A DNA stretch of 63,852 nucleotides, the filler included, from Lenisia limosa (Eukaryota > Protista > Breviatea): the NCBI GenBank assembly GCA_001655205.1. It is 14 parts of 14 records of this genome, joined end to end, with 100 filler letters (N's around TTAATTAATTAA, not from the genome) between each part and the next. Parts side by side here need not be neighbours in the genome. Positions count along the whole stretch, not along the records: positions 26,519 to 32,362 come from LPNZ01011014.1; positions 32,463 to 50,248 come from LPNZ01009177.1; 12 more parts are not named here. One strand, given 5' to 3'. Shown in pieces: positions 26,720 to 37,835 of the stretch (position 1 is its first letter; each line of letters begins with the position of its first letter). Below the pieces are notes generated by a model that had not been told where the DNA came from, did no database searches, and worked only from the letters and a program-made list of their open reading frames with translations. Position numbers and translations under genes: made by a program.

Positions 26720-29700
26720 CCAGAGGATAAAGGCGCTGGTTGGGTCGAAGGGAAGGGCGTTGTGGGCTGCGACTTTTCAGCTTCAATGAGTGGCTGAAGA
26801 GTAAGAAAAGCAATGGTGATTTTGGAAGACGCTTCAATACGGAAAATGTTAAACTTAGGATGCTATCAAGATATCCGGTATAATCGTCATCCTTTTATTA
26901 AGAAACAACGTTAGTTTTAGACTTGATCTGATGCGATTCATAAGAAAAAATGATCCCCTTTTAATTTGGCGACAAATCCCCAAACTGATTTGGGAGAAGT
27001 GGCGGAGGCCGGAGTGTACGAATGCCTGTAGAGAGTGAGAATCAAAGCTTATGATTACCTTGCTCATGTTGAAAAAACTACTTGATTTTTTAAAAAGTAT
27101 CCAATAAACACAATAAATGGGGAGGTTGGGAGTAGGGCTTCACTTCGGTTCGAAAAAAGACTGAATTTCTCAATAAATCCTCGACAACTATTGATATTTT
27201 CCCGAATCGAAGTGAAGCCCTTGTTTTGAGCCAAGAAGTGAAGCCCTAGATATGAGCCAAGAAGTGAAGCCCTAGTTATGAGCCAAGAAGTGAAGCCCTA
27301 GTTATGAGCCAGGAAGTGCCCTAGTTATGAGCCAAGAAGTGAAGCCCTAGTTATGAACCAAGAAGTGAAGCCCTAGTTATGAGCCAAGAAGTGCCCTAGT
27401 TATGAGCCAAGAAGTGAAGCATGAGCCACGAAGTAGTTTATAAATGAATTAAAAGTGGACATCGTTAATTGTTTTCAAGCCCTTGTACTCCCCTCCCCCC
27501 ACATTGTTTTTTTTTTGTGTGTGTTTCTTGTACCAAAGTTATTCTGATATTTGTGAACCCCCCCCCTCCCCACAATTGCAGGGACTGCTGCTGGGCCTTG
27601 GATGTCGGTCGACATGAAGTTTGGGGGCTGAGGGGGCTGGCAGGTGCATAGCGCAGAATCGGCATGGGTAAGGTCTTAGAATCTGGAGGTGAGGTAAGGT
27701 CTTGGAATCTGGAGGTGAGGATTTGGACAAATACGACTCTATCGATATTGTCCAGGTTTTTTGGAACCGAAGTGAATCCCTAATACGCCCACTCACTAGC
27801 CGCAGCAAAAGCCTGAATGTTGTTCACGGCGGCGTGGCTCACTCCACTTGGCACAACCACGGACTTCGGGGGTTGTTCGGAGGTGTTGGGGCTTGTTAGG
27901 AAGAGCAGGCCGTCCGAATGCGACTTGCCTAAAATGGTTAGTGGCGACTTGCCGTATTTGGCATGAATTTATCCCAAGAAAATCTACTCACCAATGCTGG
28001 AGAGGGCAGGGGGAAACTTGCGGGGTAGGGGGGAGGGCTTAGCTGNNNNNNNNNNNNNNNNNNNNNNNNNNNNNNNNNNNNNNNNNNNNNNNNNNNNNNN
28101 NNNNNNNNNNNNNNNNNNNNNNNNNNNNNNNNNNNNNNNNNNNNNNNNNNNNNNNNNNNNNNNNNNNNNNNNNNNNNNNNNNNNNNNNNNNNNNNNNNNC
28201 AGTGATCCCACTAATACAACCATAGTCCGCTCGCAAGTTGGGAAGGAATCAAACTACAACATTCATGGTAGTTTTGCTTACGGTATCCCTAGAAAAATAT
28301 ATTTATTCCCTATCATATCTTCAATTTAATGTACACGTACATCAATCATGAGCTCTTAAAAAAAAAAAANNNNNNNNNNNNNNNNNNNNNNNNNNNNNNN
28401 NNNNNNNNNNNNNNNNNNNNNNNNNNNNNNNNNNNNNNNNNNNNNNNNNNNNNNNNNNNNNNNNNNNNNNNNNNNNNNNNNNNNNNNNNNNNNNNNNNNN
28501 NCCCCTTACATCGTGGAGAGGGCGGCTTGTTGGAGAGGTCTAACGCCGATATCTACAAGAGTTATTTATCTCAAGAGTTATTTCATATCATTTGGCAGTT
28601 TTTTTAGACTCTGAGAGTTTATAATGATGTGCGGTTCAGAAATGAGAAATAGAAGAGGCGCGCTTATGAGATAGTATCTGGCCGAAGCCATCCACATCAT
28701 CACGCTAATAAGAGGAATTGGATTAAACACACACACAATATATGTATGAGAGATTATCAAATACAACCGATTTGCTTACTCGGAGCGATGAAAAGTCCAT
28801 ACTGGAGAAAGACTCTCCAAGCTCGTCGTGAGAGGAGCACGGCGATGTGTCTGGGGGGTAAAGTTGGAAAATTCATGAAAGAAAAAAGACCAAATCAACT
28901 CTGTTGCCTGACACCACAGGAGGGTTGATAACAACAAAACAAACGAAGCCCAGGCCAGTCGCTTCTGATTCACCGCATCCCATCATTCCAGCGTACGAGG
29001 GGTGAATGAGAAAATTTATGAAACAAAAAGAAGCCGGACGCAACTATAATGGCTAACTATTTAAGAAACAAACGAGGTTGAAACTAAAAAAAAAATACCC
29101 ACGAANNNNNNNNNNNNNNNNNNNNNNNNNNNNNNNNNNNNNNNNNNNNNNNNNNNNNNNNNNNNNNNNNNNNNNNNNNNNNNNNNNNNNNNNNNNNNNN
29201 NNNNNNNNNNNNNNNNNNNNNNNNNNNNNNNNNNNNNNNNNNNNNNNNNNNNNNNNNNNNNNNNNNNNNNNNNNNNNNNNNNNNNNNNNNNNNNNNNNNN
29301 NNNNNNNNNNNNNNNNNNNNNNNNNNNNNNNNNNNNTCAAGTTGGTGACAATGGAAGAGTGTTCGTCGGGGCCCGTTTGCTCGGAAACACGAGTCACGTC
29401 GCACTCAGACGCCACAGGAGTGGAAGTGACGTGGGCTGACGGGGGATCGGGGACGGGCAATTTGAGCGTGGAAGGAGGGGTCTCGGCTACCGGTGGGAGG
29501 GAAAAGGACGAGTCAAGCGAGTCGAAAAGAGAGNNNNNNNNNNNNNNNNNNNNNNNNNNNNNNNNNNNNNNNNNNNNNNNNNNNNNNNNNNNNNNNNNNN
29601 NNNNNNNNNNNNNNNNNNNNNNNNNNNNNNNNNNNNNNNNNNNNNNNNNNNNNNNNNNNNNNNNNNNNNNNNNNNNNNNNNNNNNNNNNNNNNNNNNNNN

Positions 29701-32345
29701 NNNNNNNNNNNNNNNNNNNNNNNNNNNNNNNNNNNNNNNNNNNNNNNNNNNNNNAAATTTAAAATTCAAAAATGCCCAAAATTAGGTACAACGAAAAATT
29801 TCGATGAATATTGGTGTAAAGGTACCAATCACCAACGAATAGCAAAACACTGTTTTTGAATGGGTGAACAAAAGAAAGGAAATAAAACCCTTAGTGGGGT
29901 AGTGGGGATGCAGTGCATGAAACAAAAACTCCCACAAATAGCAGCAGAGTCTAGCCCCCCCCCCCNNNNNNNNNNNNNNNNNNNNNNNNNNNNNNNNNNN
30001 NNNNNNNNNNNNNNNNNNNNNNNNNNNNNNNNNNNNNNNNNNNNNNNNNNNNNNNNNNNNNNNNNNNNNNNNNNNNNNNNNNNNNNNNNNNNNNNNNNNN
30101 NNNNNNNNNNNNNNNNNNNNNNNNNNNNNNNNNNNNNNNNNNNNNNNNNNNNNNNNNNNNNNNNNNNNNNNNNNNNNNNNNNNNNNNNNNNNNNNNNNNN
30201 NNNNNNNNNNNNNNNNNNNNNNNNNGGGGTACAATGAAGGATTTTTCGATAAATAATTGCCCTAAGGGGAGGGTGTAATTGGAAAATTTATGAAGCAAAA
30301 AAGCCCAAAATCAACTCTGTCGGCAACGAACAAACGATAGTTGAAAAAACCAAAATAAACCTGTTTGAATCAGAAAACAAACAATACAAAGGCGGAAGGC
30401 AAAAGACTTTGGCAAACCGGTTTAAGAACGTTGTTTGCGAAAAGAGTCCGAGGTTTCATGGGAGATGATCTGTAACAGTGACATGGCGATGTAATAATTA
30501 ACGAAATAATCATCAAAATAAGAAAAAAATAATCATCAAAATAATATAATAATAAGAATAACAATAAGAATAACAATTCACTCGATTATTTGCCTCACAA
30601 CTTCACAACGCCCTACATACAAGGTTTATGGTATTTATTTGTTTCCCTAGATTTCTAACTAATTTTCTCATTTCTCTTGTTCAAAAAAAAAGCATACAAG
30701 GACGGGATTTCTTGGGGAACGGGAAGAGGAGTGCCTGAGATGTCTAAACAGTCAACAGGCCGGTAAACAAACTATCAGATCTCTCTGATCCTAGTTTCAA
30801 TAGAGACTTTGTAAACCACACTATGGAGATTTTCCGTACCATTTGTTGAGGGAGGCTCACTATCGGATCGAGACGTAGATAGGGAAGTGGTTGGTGAAAC
30901 TGAGTTTGACCTGGGGGGGTAAAACGAAGAAATTTTCGAGAAAGAATATTGCCATAAAGGTACTAATCACGAACTGAATAATCGTTAAAATGGGAAAATG
31001 TATGAAACATAACAAAGAAAACCCAGTGACGAACAAGAATAACACCTCCCCCTCACTCTTCACAAGAGCCAGCCACACTAACCTCTCAGCACGTGAGCGC
31101 ACGCGCACGGAATTGAACGTGGATAGTGCCGGGTGGACCCACGACTTTATGAGACTGGTGACTGCGGTGGCGGCGACGTCTGTTGGACACTGCGCATACC
31201 ACGCCATTATCGCGCTAATGGCGTCAGGATCAGAGGAATTGTATTCGATGGGAAGAAAAACACACAAATATTGGAATATTAGAGAATAAGAGGGCTACCA
31301 TAAATAAATTACCACATATCTATGATGAAAGTATGGCTTCTCATTGCTATATATATGATTGCTATATACGATCATTTGCCTTACAACTCTGTGCACACAG
31401 CTTTACCCAGAGAGCTCTCCATTTACAGTTAAAATAAATACGTACCTGACAAACTCGCTATTAATAGCCAAAGCAACCACTCCCGGCGCTAAGTCGGCAG
31501 CCAGACGGAGAATTGACAAGGCCGACACGGCCCGGTCCGTGATGACTTGGCGGAGGACTGGTGATAGTTGCGCTCCTGATGGCGTGGAGCGCGCTGTGAG
31601 AATCTGGAGGGGGTGAGTAAACTTGGAAAATTTATGAAACAAAAAGCCCAAAATCAACTCTGTTGGCTGAGAGAAGCTTTGAAGAACACTATCCCCCCCC
31701 CCCCCAACNNNNNNNNNNNNNNNNNNNNNNNNNNNNNNNNNNNNNNNNNNNNNNNNNNNNNNNNNNNNNNNNNNNNNNNNNNNNNNNNNNNNNNNNNNNN
31801 NNNNNNNNNNNNNNNNNNNNNNNNNNNNNNNNNNNNNNNNNNNNCAAAATATCTTCAATCATGAAATATATCCTCATTTTCCACTTTGTTAGCAAAATGT
31901 TGGGGATATATTTCATGATTGAAGAAGGAAAGTGCAGATATATAAAGCAATGAGAAATAAAAAATAAGGTTGTATCATGCTAATAAGAGATATTGGATTA
32001 TAGTATAATATTAATTCACCCAATCATTATACATTATACGTGGTACATGTATGTAGTTGTTTATATAATATAACCACCCAGTTTCACCTGGTACAAAAAG
32101 CCTGAAAAACAATATTGATTTTTATCGTGTATATTAATCTTGATCTGGATTTGAAGCCTTCATATTAGTGAAACTTCATTTTTAATATATTGTAGTACTA
32201 CTATAAAAGTTATAGGGATATTTGGTCTTTTCTGGGCCTCATACCAGGGTCTTGAACTTGGCGAGAGAGTAGAGCGACGACAATGTGGAGAGCACCTCAG
32301 TAAAGAGGGTTAACCCCCTAGTTGCTTCGGCCACTGATGTATAGG
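26720..32345 (-). CDS. Multi-exon gene of unknown function, partial and gapped
   Basis: Exons such as YTSVAEATRGLTLFTEVLSTL, ILTARSTPSGAQLSPVLRQVITDRAVSALSILRL and DAISAIMAWYAQCPTDVAATAVTSLIKSWVHP, then Ser/Pro-rich exons. Confidence 0.5.
27133..27222. mobile_element. hAT-type MITE family A adjoining a TIR-derived minisatellite
   Basis: TIRs intact; degenerate TSD GTTGGGAG/GTTTTGAG. Confidence 0.82.
27228..27435 (+). repeat. Tandem array of 23-26-bp units, about 8.5 copies
   Basis: Unit GAGCCAAGAAGTGAAGCCCTAGTTAT; no unique spacers. Confidence 0.95.
28851..28953 (-). repeat. Family D interspersed element ending at a 3' splice site (representative)
   Basis: TGGGCTTCGTTTGTTTTGTTG..TGTCAG(G/C)CAACAGAGTTGATTT(T)GG..TTTTTTGTTTCATAAATTTTCCAATTTTACCCCCC-AG. 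Copies at about 8790, 29000, 30262, 31604, 52050, 61140, 61423, 62715 and 63335; short variant at 15634, 30911 and 63150. Confidence 0.85.
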
Positions 32346-32481
32346 CTGCGGGGGGGGGGGGGNNNNNNNNNNNNNNNNNNNNNNNNNNNNNNNNNNNNNN
32401 NNNNNNTTAATTAATTAANNNNNNNNNNNNNNNNNNNNNNNNNNNNNNNNNNNNNNNNNNNNAACAATTATGCGAAACATT

Positions 32482-34470
32482 TCAATCCCTCAAACATGTC
32501 GTCGTCAGAGGAAGAGTCGGTATCTGGAGTATTAAAACAGAGTGGAGGATTTTGAAGAATAAGTCGCTCCCTTTCAAAAGAAGAAAAAAACAATCAATGT
32601 TGACCAGGTAATAACCCTCCCTTCCTCCCCCACCTTCTTCATCAACCTTCCTTCTTGTGGGTACATTATCTGAAGATTCTGAATCGGACTCTTCCCTCTT
32701 CTCCTCTTCTTTCTCCTCTTCCTTCTTCTCCTCTTCTTTCTTCTCTTTAACCTTCTCCTCTTCCTTCTTCTCTTCAACCTTCTCTTCTACTTTCGCTTCT
32801 TCCTCAACTATCTCCTCCTCCTGCTCCTCAACCTTTTCATCCTTCTCCTCCTCCGCATCACCACCTTGGGTTCTAGCAACGGCCACTGCTCCCACGACAC
32901 CAACAGCAGCCACAGCCCCAACCGCAGCTACGGCCGCAACCGGAATGTCTTTTTCTTCCTTTTCCGCCTCTTCGTTTTTGTCTTCTTCGGCCGTTGGGGC
33001 AGCCTCAGTCTCCTCCTTCTCTACTGGTTCTTCCTCTTTCTTCACTTCCTCTTCTTCAGGTTCTACAGGGTCTTCCTTCTTCTCTTCCTCCTCTGCTTCA
33101 TCTTCTTTCCTCTCCTCAACCTTCTCTCCTTCCTCTTCAATTTTGTCTTCTTCTTCCTCCTTTTTCTCTGCAGTAACGTTCACTTCTTCCTTTGTTTCTT
33201 CATCAACCTTTTCTTCTTCCTCCTCAACCTTCTCCTCCCTTTCCTCAACCTTTTTTTCTTCCTTCTCTTCCTTCTCCTCTTCTTCCTTCTCTTCAACCTT
33301 TTCTTCAACCTTTTCTTCAACCTTCTCTTCAACCTTCTCTTCAACCTTCTCTTCCTCCTTCTTTTCTTCTTGCTCCAGCTAAAGTAGGGTTAGCCAAAAA
33401 TCATGAAAGCTTTGTTTTTTGATATCCCAATGAATTGGCTTCGGCCAGATACAACCTTGTTTTTATTTCAAAAAGTATATGATATGAATTGATACATTTC
33501 TTGCTCTTAAAATAAAAGGACAAAACAATAGATGTAAAGTACAGAAGTGGGGGGGGGGGGGGNNNNNNNNNNNNNNNNNNNNNNAGCAACAGGGACTATT
33601 GCAGGTGTGGCTTCTGGAAACATGAGAATGAGCACACCAGAAGTTGATTGTAGACATTATTAATCAGATACTTCCAAATCATATTTATATCTCCAAGTAT
33701 ACTGGTTTCCCCCCTTTTTTTTAATACGTAGAGTACGCTTGGCAAAGGCAAATATTTCCTCAAACCAGTAGCGGCAGGTGGGGTTGAAGCGGAAGGCTCT
33801 TCCTGGAGTTTCTAGAAAATAAACCTTAACCTGGAAAAATATCCCAACCTCAATGATTGTCTGTAATTTAGAAATCCAGATGGCAGAATCTTCTTCGCTA
33901 TCGGCAAGAAGGAAAACGGAATCACCTTGCTTCTTGGACTAAAATGATGAGAACTCAAGGAGGGAGAGCGTCCTTACATAAAGAACAAGCTCCATCTTTT
34001 TCTTGTGCTCCTTGGTTGCCTCGCACTTGGTAAAGGACTTCATAGAGAAGAATACTTCGGGACTTGTATCCTGGGAAACAGTAAGATCGTTTCAAGGGAA
34101 TTCACCCCACCTTCTTGGGCTTCTTATAGAAGAAAAGCATTCCCTCGCGCGCCAACACCACTGTTCTGCTCTCAAATTTCTTTCCACTCCATTTCTGTAA
34201 AATGCCACGATGAAGCGGCATCGCAATTGAATCACATGCAACCTAAATCTGTAAGAAACTACCCTCTATTCTGCCTGAGTCCACACCTGTTGGTTCATGA
34301 TAACCTGGTTCTTGGTCAAACTACGATTCTTAGATTCAGGGTAAGCTACAACACAACTAACTACAACTGGGTTGCGCTTTTCTTCAAAAAAAGTGAATGT
34401 TGCAACTGAAATTGACATTACCCTGCGCGCTTCCCCAGGTTAATTTTATGACCTTTATTGTTGATGACAG
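32482..34470 (-). CDS. PH-domain protein with a long Glu/Lys-rich region
   Basis: Spliced PH signature FESRTVVLAREGMLFFYKKPKK...VFLLADSEEDSAIWISKLQTIIE, then an E/K-rich exon at about 32632-33380. Confidence 0.75.
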
Positions 34471-34559
34471 CTGAAACAAGAAAACTAACTGGTATAACAC
34501 TATATGTTATAAATAAGTAAATAAGACAGCCAGATCAAGGTAAACAAGCAACACTAAAC

Positions 34560-36700
34560 ATGGAGACTTTCAATACAAGTGAACTCGCTCTCTGGGTGAG
34601 TTATTAAGTATATCCTTGGCTTTTTTGAAACTATAGTATTACTATAATGACGTTAAATGTAATGAACTCCCTTTCCTTTCCTCGCCCTCCTTTTGTTCTG
34701 ATCTTTAGAATGTCTAAGTCCTCGTCAATCTTGCAAAATATCATCCTCTCGCGTGAAGAACAGCGCCTTTTAGTAGCTTCTGTAAGCACTTTACAACTCC
34801 TAATGCCGAGTTAATACCATAAATTGAGTGCAAAATCTGAATGTGTATTTTCTGTAAATTGTTGTTCTGCTACATTTGGAATAGATGGTGTCTTTTTCCA
34901 TATGAATGCCAAACTGACAACATTAGCAAAACAGAAGGGTACCTAAGAACAGACGGGTTGCATACTTAGCGAGCGAAGTTCAGGACGCCCCCCTTTCCTT
35001 GCTTGACAGATTATACACCGTGAGGGGCGAAAAGTGAAGGCTTAGGAGCGCAAGTTTTCTCAACATGAACATGGTGGACTACTTAACTCACCATATTTAG
35101 CCTGAGGGGGTGGCCCAGTCAAAACGATGGTTTAACGGACACACCACACCTGCATCTTTCCATTCCCATTCAACAAGGTTTGTTGGATTTCTACATACAT
35201 CTGCCTAGTATCCTCTCTAAATGTGATATATTTTTGTTAATAGTGTGGAAAAGCAGTTACACACCGGGTCATGATTAAATAAAAATTGTTGTAATTTTGT
35301 GAGGGCTTTCTGTGACACCCTAATTGTGTTTTATTTCTACATGTCATATGATATTTGAGAATGTAATATATATTATATATATCATATCATCTAGTATATT
35401 ATATATTATATGATATGTAATAGTATATGATATTCTATATAAGCTATATATATATCATATATATATATATATATATATNNNNNNNNNNNNNNNNNNNNNN
35501 NNNNNNNNNNNNNNNNNNNNNNNNNNNNNNNNNNNNNNNNNNNNNNNNNNNNNNNNNNNNNNTCTCCTCAGTCCTTTATAACTTTCAGTGCATGGTTGCA
35601 ATCTAAAGGGGCCAGAAATTAAGAGCACTAATGAATACTTGCCCATGTACATCAAGTTCAGTCACCTGAATATATACATTTTTAATGAATAAGATTTCTG
35701 TTGGAAAATCAGTCAAGACTTAGCATTGTGATACTATACTATTCCTCCTTCTTGTTTTCATTTTCTGCTTTTATAAACGAAATCAATTGCTCTATAACTC
35801 AGTATTGACCCTTCACAGCAGTCCCTATTCCACATACTCCTCGGTGAAGACAACCCACGTCCTATCCGAACCAGCCGTTATTGAGCTGCTCACTACCACA
35901 ACGTCCCTCACCCTCCCGCAATGCCTTGACGTTTTTGACATCTTCGGTTGGTCTATGAGTTATGTTTTTGAAAATGTAAGACCGCAGAAAATAGGCGCAA
36001 TACATTTGTGTTCTTTGTGGTACATTTCTAGTGACTTATCCTTATCCCGTAGATCATGAAGATCGCGGAATGGTCACATTTTCGTCATTTTACGCAATTG
36101 TCGCAGTGTTGGCAAGCTGTGACGTTTCCAAAAGAGTCAAAATGATGTGAGCACCCTTTTATGTTCCTTTACACCAAATAAACATTCAACGTTTTGTTTC
36201 TTGTTTGTTAGTTATTTTCTGAAGATGCAATGTTCATTTCTCAATTTCTGTTGTTTACACCCCAGGTTTGTTCATGGTCGCGTGCTTTTCTTCATTCTTG
36301 GATCCGGGAGTAATACAGTTACGCAGCACTCCATCCTGGTTCTATTTTCTTTGGTGGGGAGATACGTAAGTTATATGTATGTATAGTTCTGTGCAGAAAG
36401 CTGTGTGCCAGAGTTTTCAGGCAAATGATTGGGTGAATTAATATTATACTTTAATCCAATATCTCTTATGGACGGCTTCGGCCAGATACTACCTTATGTT
36501 TTATTTTTCATTGCTGTACTATGTCAAGTTCTGCGCAATCCTGTTGAGATAATGTCTAATAGGACATTATCTTACTGGGAAAAGGGATTAGGGTAGCGCT
36601 ACATATTCTTGAAATAAACATACTGAGACCATATCTTTTGTTATTCAGTGGACAAAATGGTGTATCCCCTCTCACTTCATAGTGCGGAATACCCGAGAAC
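34560..36700 (+). CDS. EF-hand protein resembling EFCAB9
   Basis: Exons at 35817-36365 give ...SLTLPQCLDVFDIF|DHEDRGMVTFSSFYAIVAVLASCDVSKRVKM|MFVHGRVLFFILG. The EF-hand call is solid; the EFCAB9 likeness is from a remembered sequence; gene ends are uncertain. Confidence 0.55.
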
Positions 36701-37168
36701 ATGGCCCGGAGTGTATTCGTGGACCTGGGTTTTGGTACAGATTTGGTCTTTAATTTTACGGTATGCTGCCAAGTGTTGCTTTTGGTTGTCTTTCTTCCAA
36801 TTTGTTTTGCGTTTGTTCTCTCGTTTTCCAACGTAAAATAAAATCACCCCACTTACTACCATGCAAAAGGGAATGTGGTTCTGCGTCATGATATACTAAC
36901 TCAAGAATTTTAATTTCTTATTTTTTTCTAACCCACATTTTCGCTTTACTATTCTTATTATCCCTCGAACCTTTACCAAATAGGATTTCGAAACGATTTG
37001 TTTTGCGGCGTTTTCCCTCTTTGATGCAGGTAAAACCGAGATTATTCAGCCGCAGCGTCCGGTATGATTTTTAACCAGTAACTCTTGTTAGAGTGCAATC
37101 CGTGAGTCACCTTTCCCCGAAATTGTGCTTGCTTTTCCCTTTGTTTTATTCATTTCCATATATATCTT

Positions 37169-37357
37169 TAATTCGAATTAATGTCGTTAATTATTTAGGG
37201 TCGCCAAATCAGTTATTCCCCTTTAAAATTGTATTATAATTGATGTTTTATTTATTTATGAAGGGAAACAAAGAATAAATAATAACTTTTCAAAAAGTTT
37301 CATTTGTGATATTTTTATTTTTGAGCGCCACGTAATTAACGACAATAATTCGAATTA
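37169..37357. mobile_element. MITE family G with a 25-bp TIR
   Basis: TAATTCGAATTAATGTCGTTAATTA and its inverted copy match at 24/25 positions around an AT-rich core. Confidence 0.65.
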
Positions 37358-37835
37358 TAATTTAGGACCTTGAGTTATACACATATATTATCATATGATG
37401 GTCACATTTTTCAAGTTACTCCCTGATTTCATATCGAATATGTTTGCTGTTATTTTTTGAGTTATTTCATTTAAAATTCCTCACGCTAAAGGGTTGTTTT
37501 GCCAAGTGTACAATACAGTGAGATGAGAGATCTCCATTCTAAATTAGGTATGTGTATGAGTAATACATTTTTGTTTTTTAATGTGAAGGAGAGTCACAAC
37601 TACATGGAAATAGAGAGCCAAGTAAAATTTGGCGAAGCTGGATAATAGCATTACCCCCCTCCTGACAATCCTCAACCCAGTTATTATAACACTGCCACCT
37701 TTAACAGTGTGGTTGTTTGTTCTAACTACTTTTTGGGAAACAGAGCTGCATTCATCCTCTAACAAACTGAGCGTACTTCACGCAAAACATCAGTTGGGAA
37801 AACAAGAAAAAGGGATACCATAAATCACTACCATT

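Noticed and set aside
27228-27435. CRISPR array
   Set aside because: Head-to-tail units with no unique spacers, eukaryotic context, no cas genes.
29053-30298. Long ORFs spanning N runs
   Set aside because: Their length is an artefact of translating through gaps.
31604-31640. U12-type branch point in the TTTTCCAATTTTAC motif
   Set aside because: It does not match TTCCTTAAC, and no (A/G)TATCCTT donors were found on those introns.
32657-33387. Ser/Phe-rich plus-strand ORFs (241 aa and 173 aa)
   Set aside because: Antisense shadows of the Glu/Lys-rich minus-strand exon.
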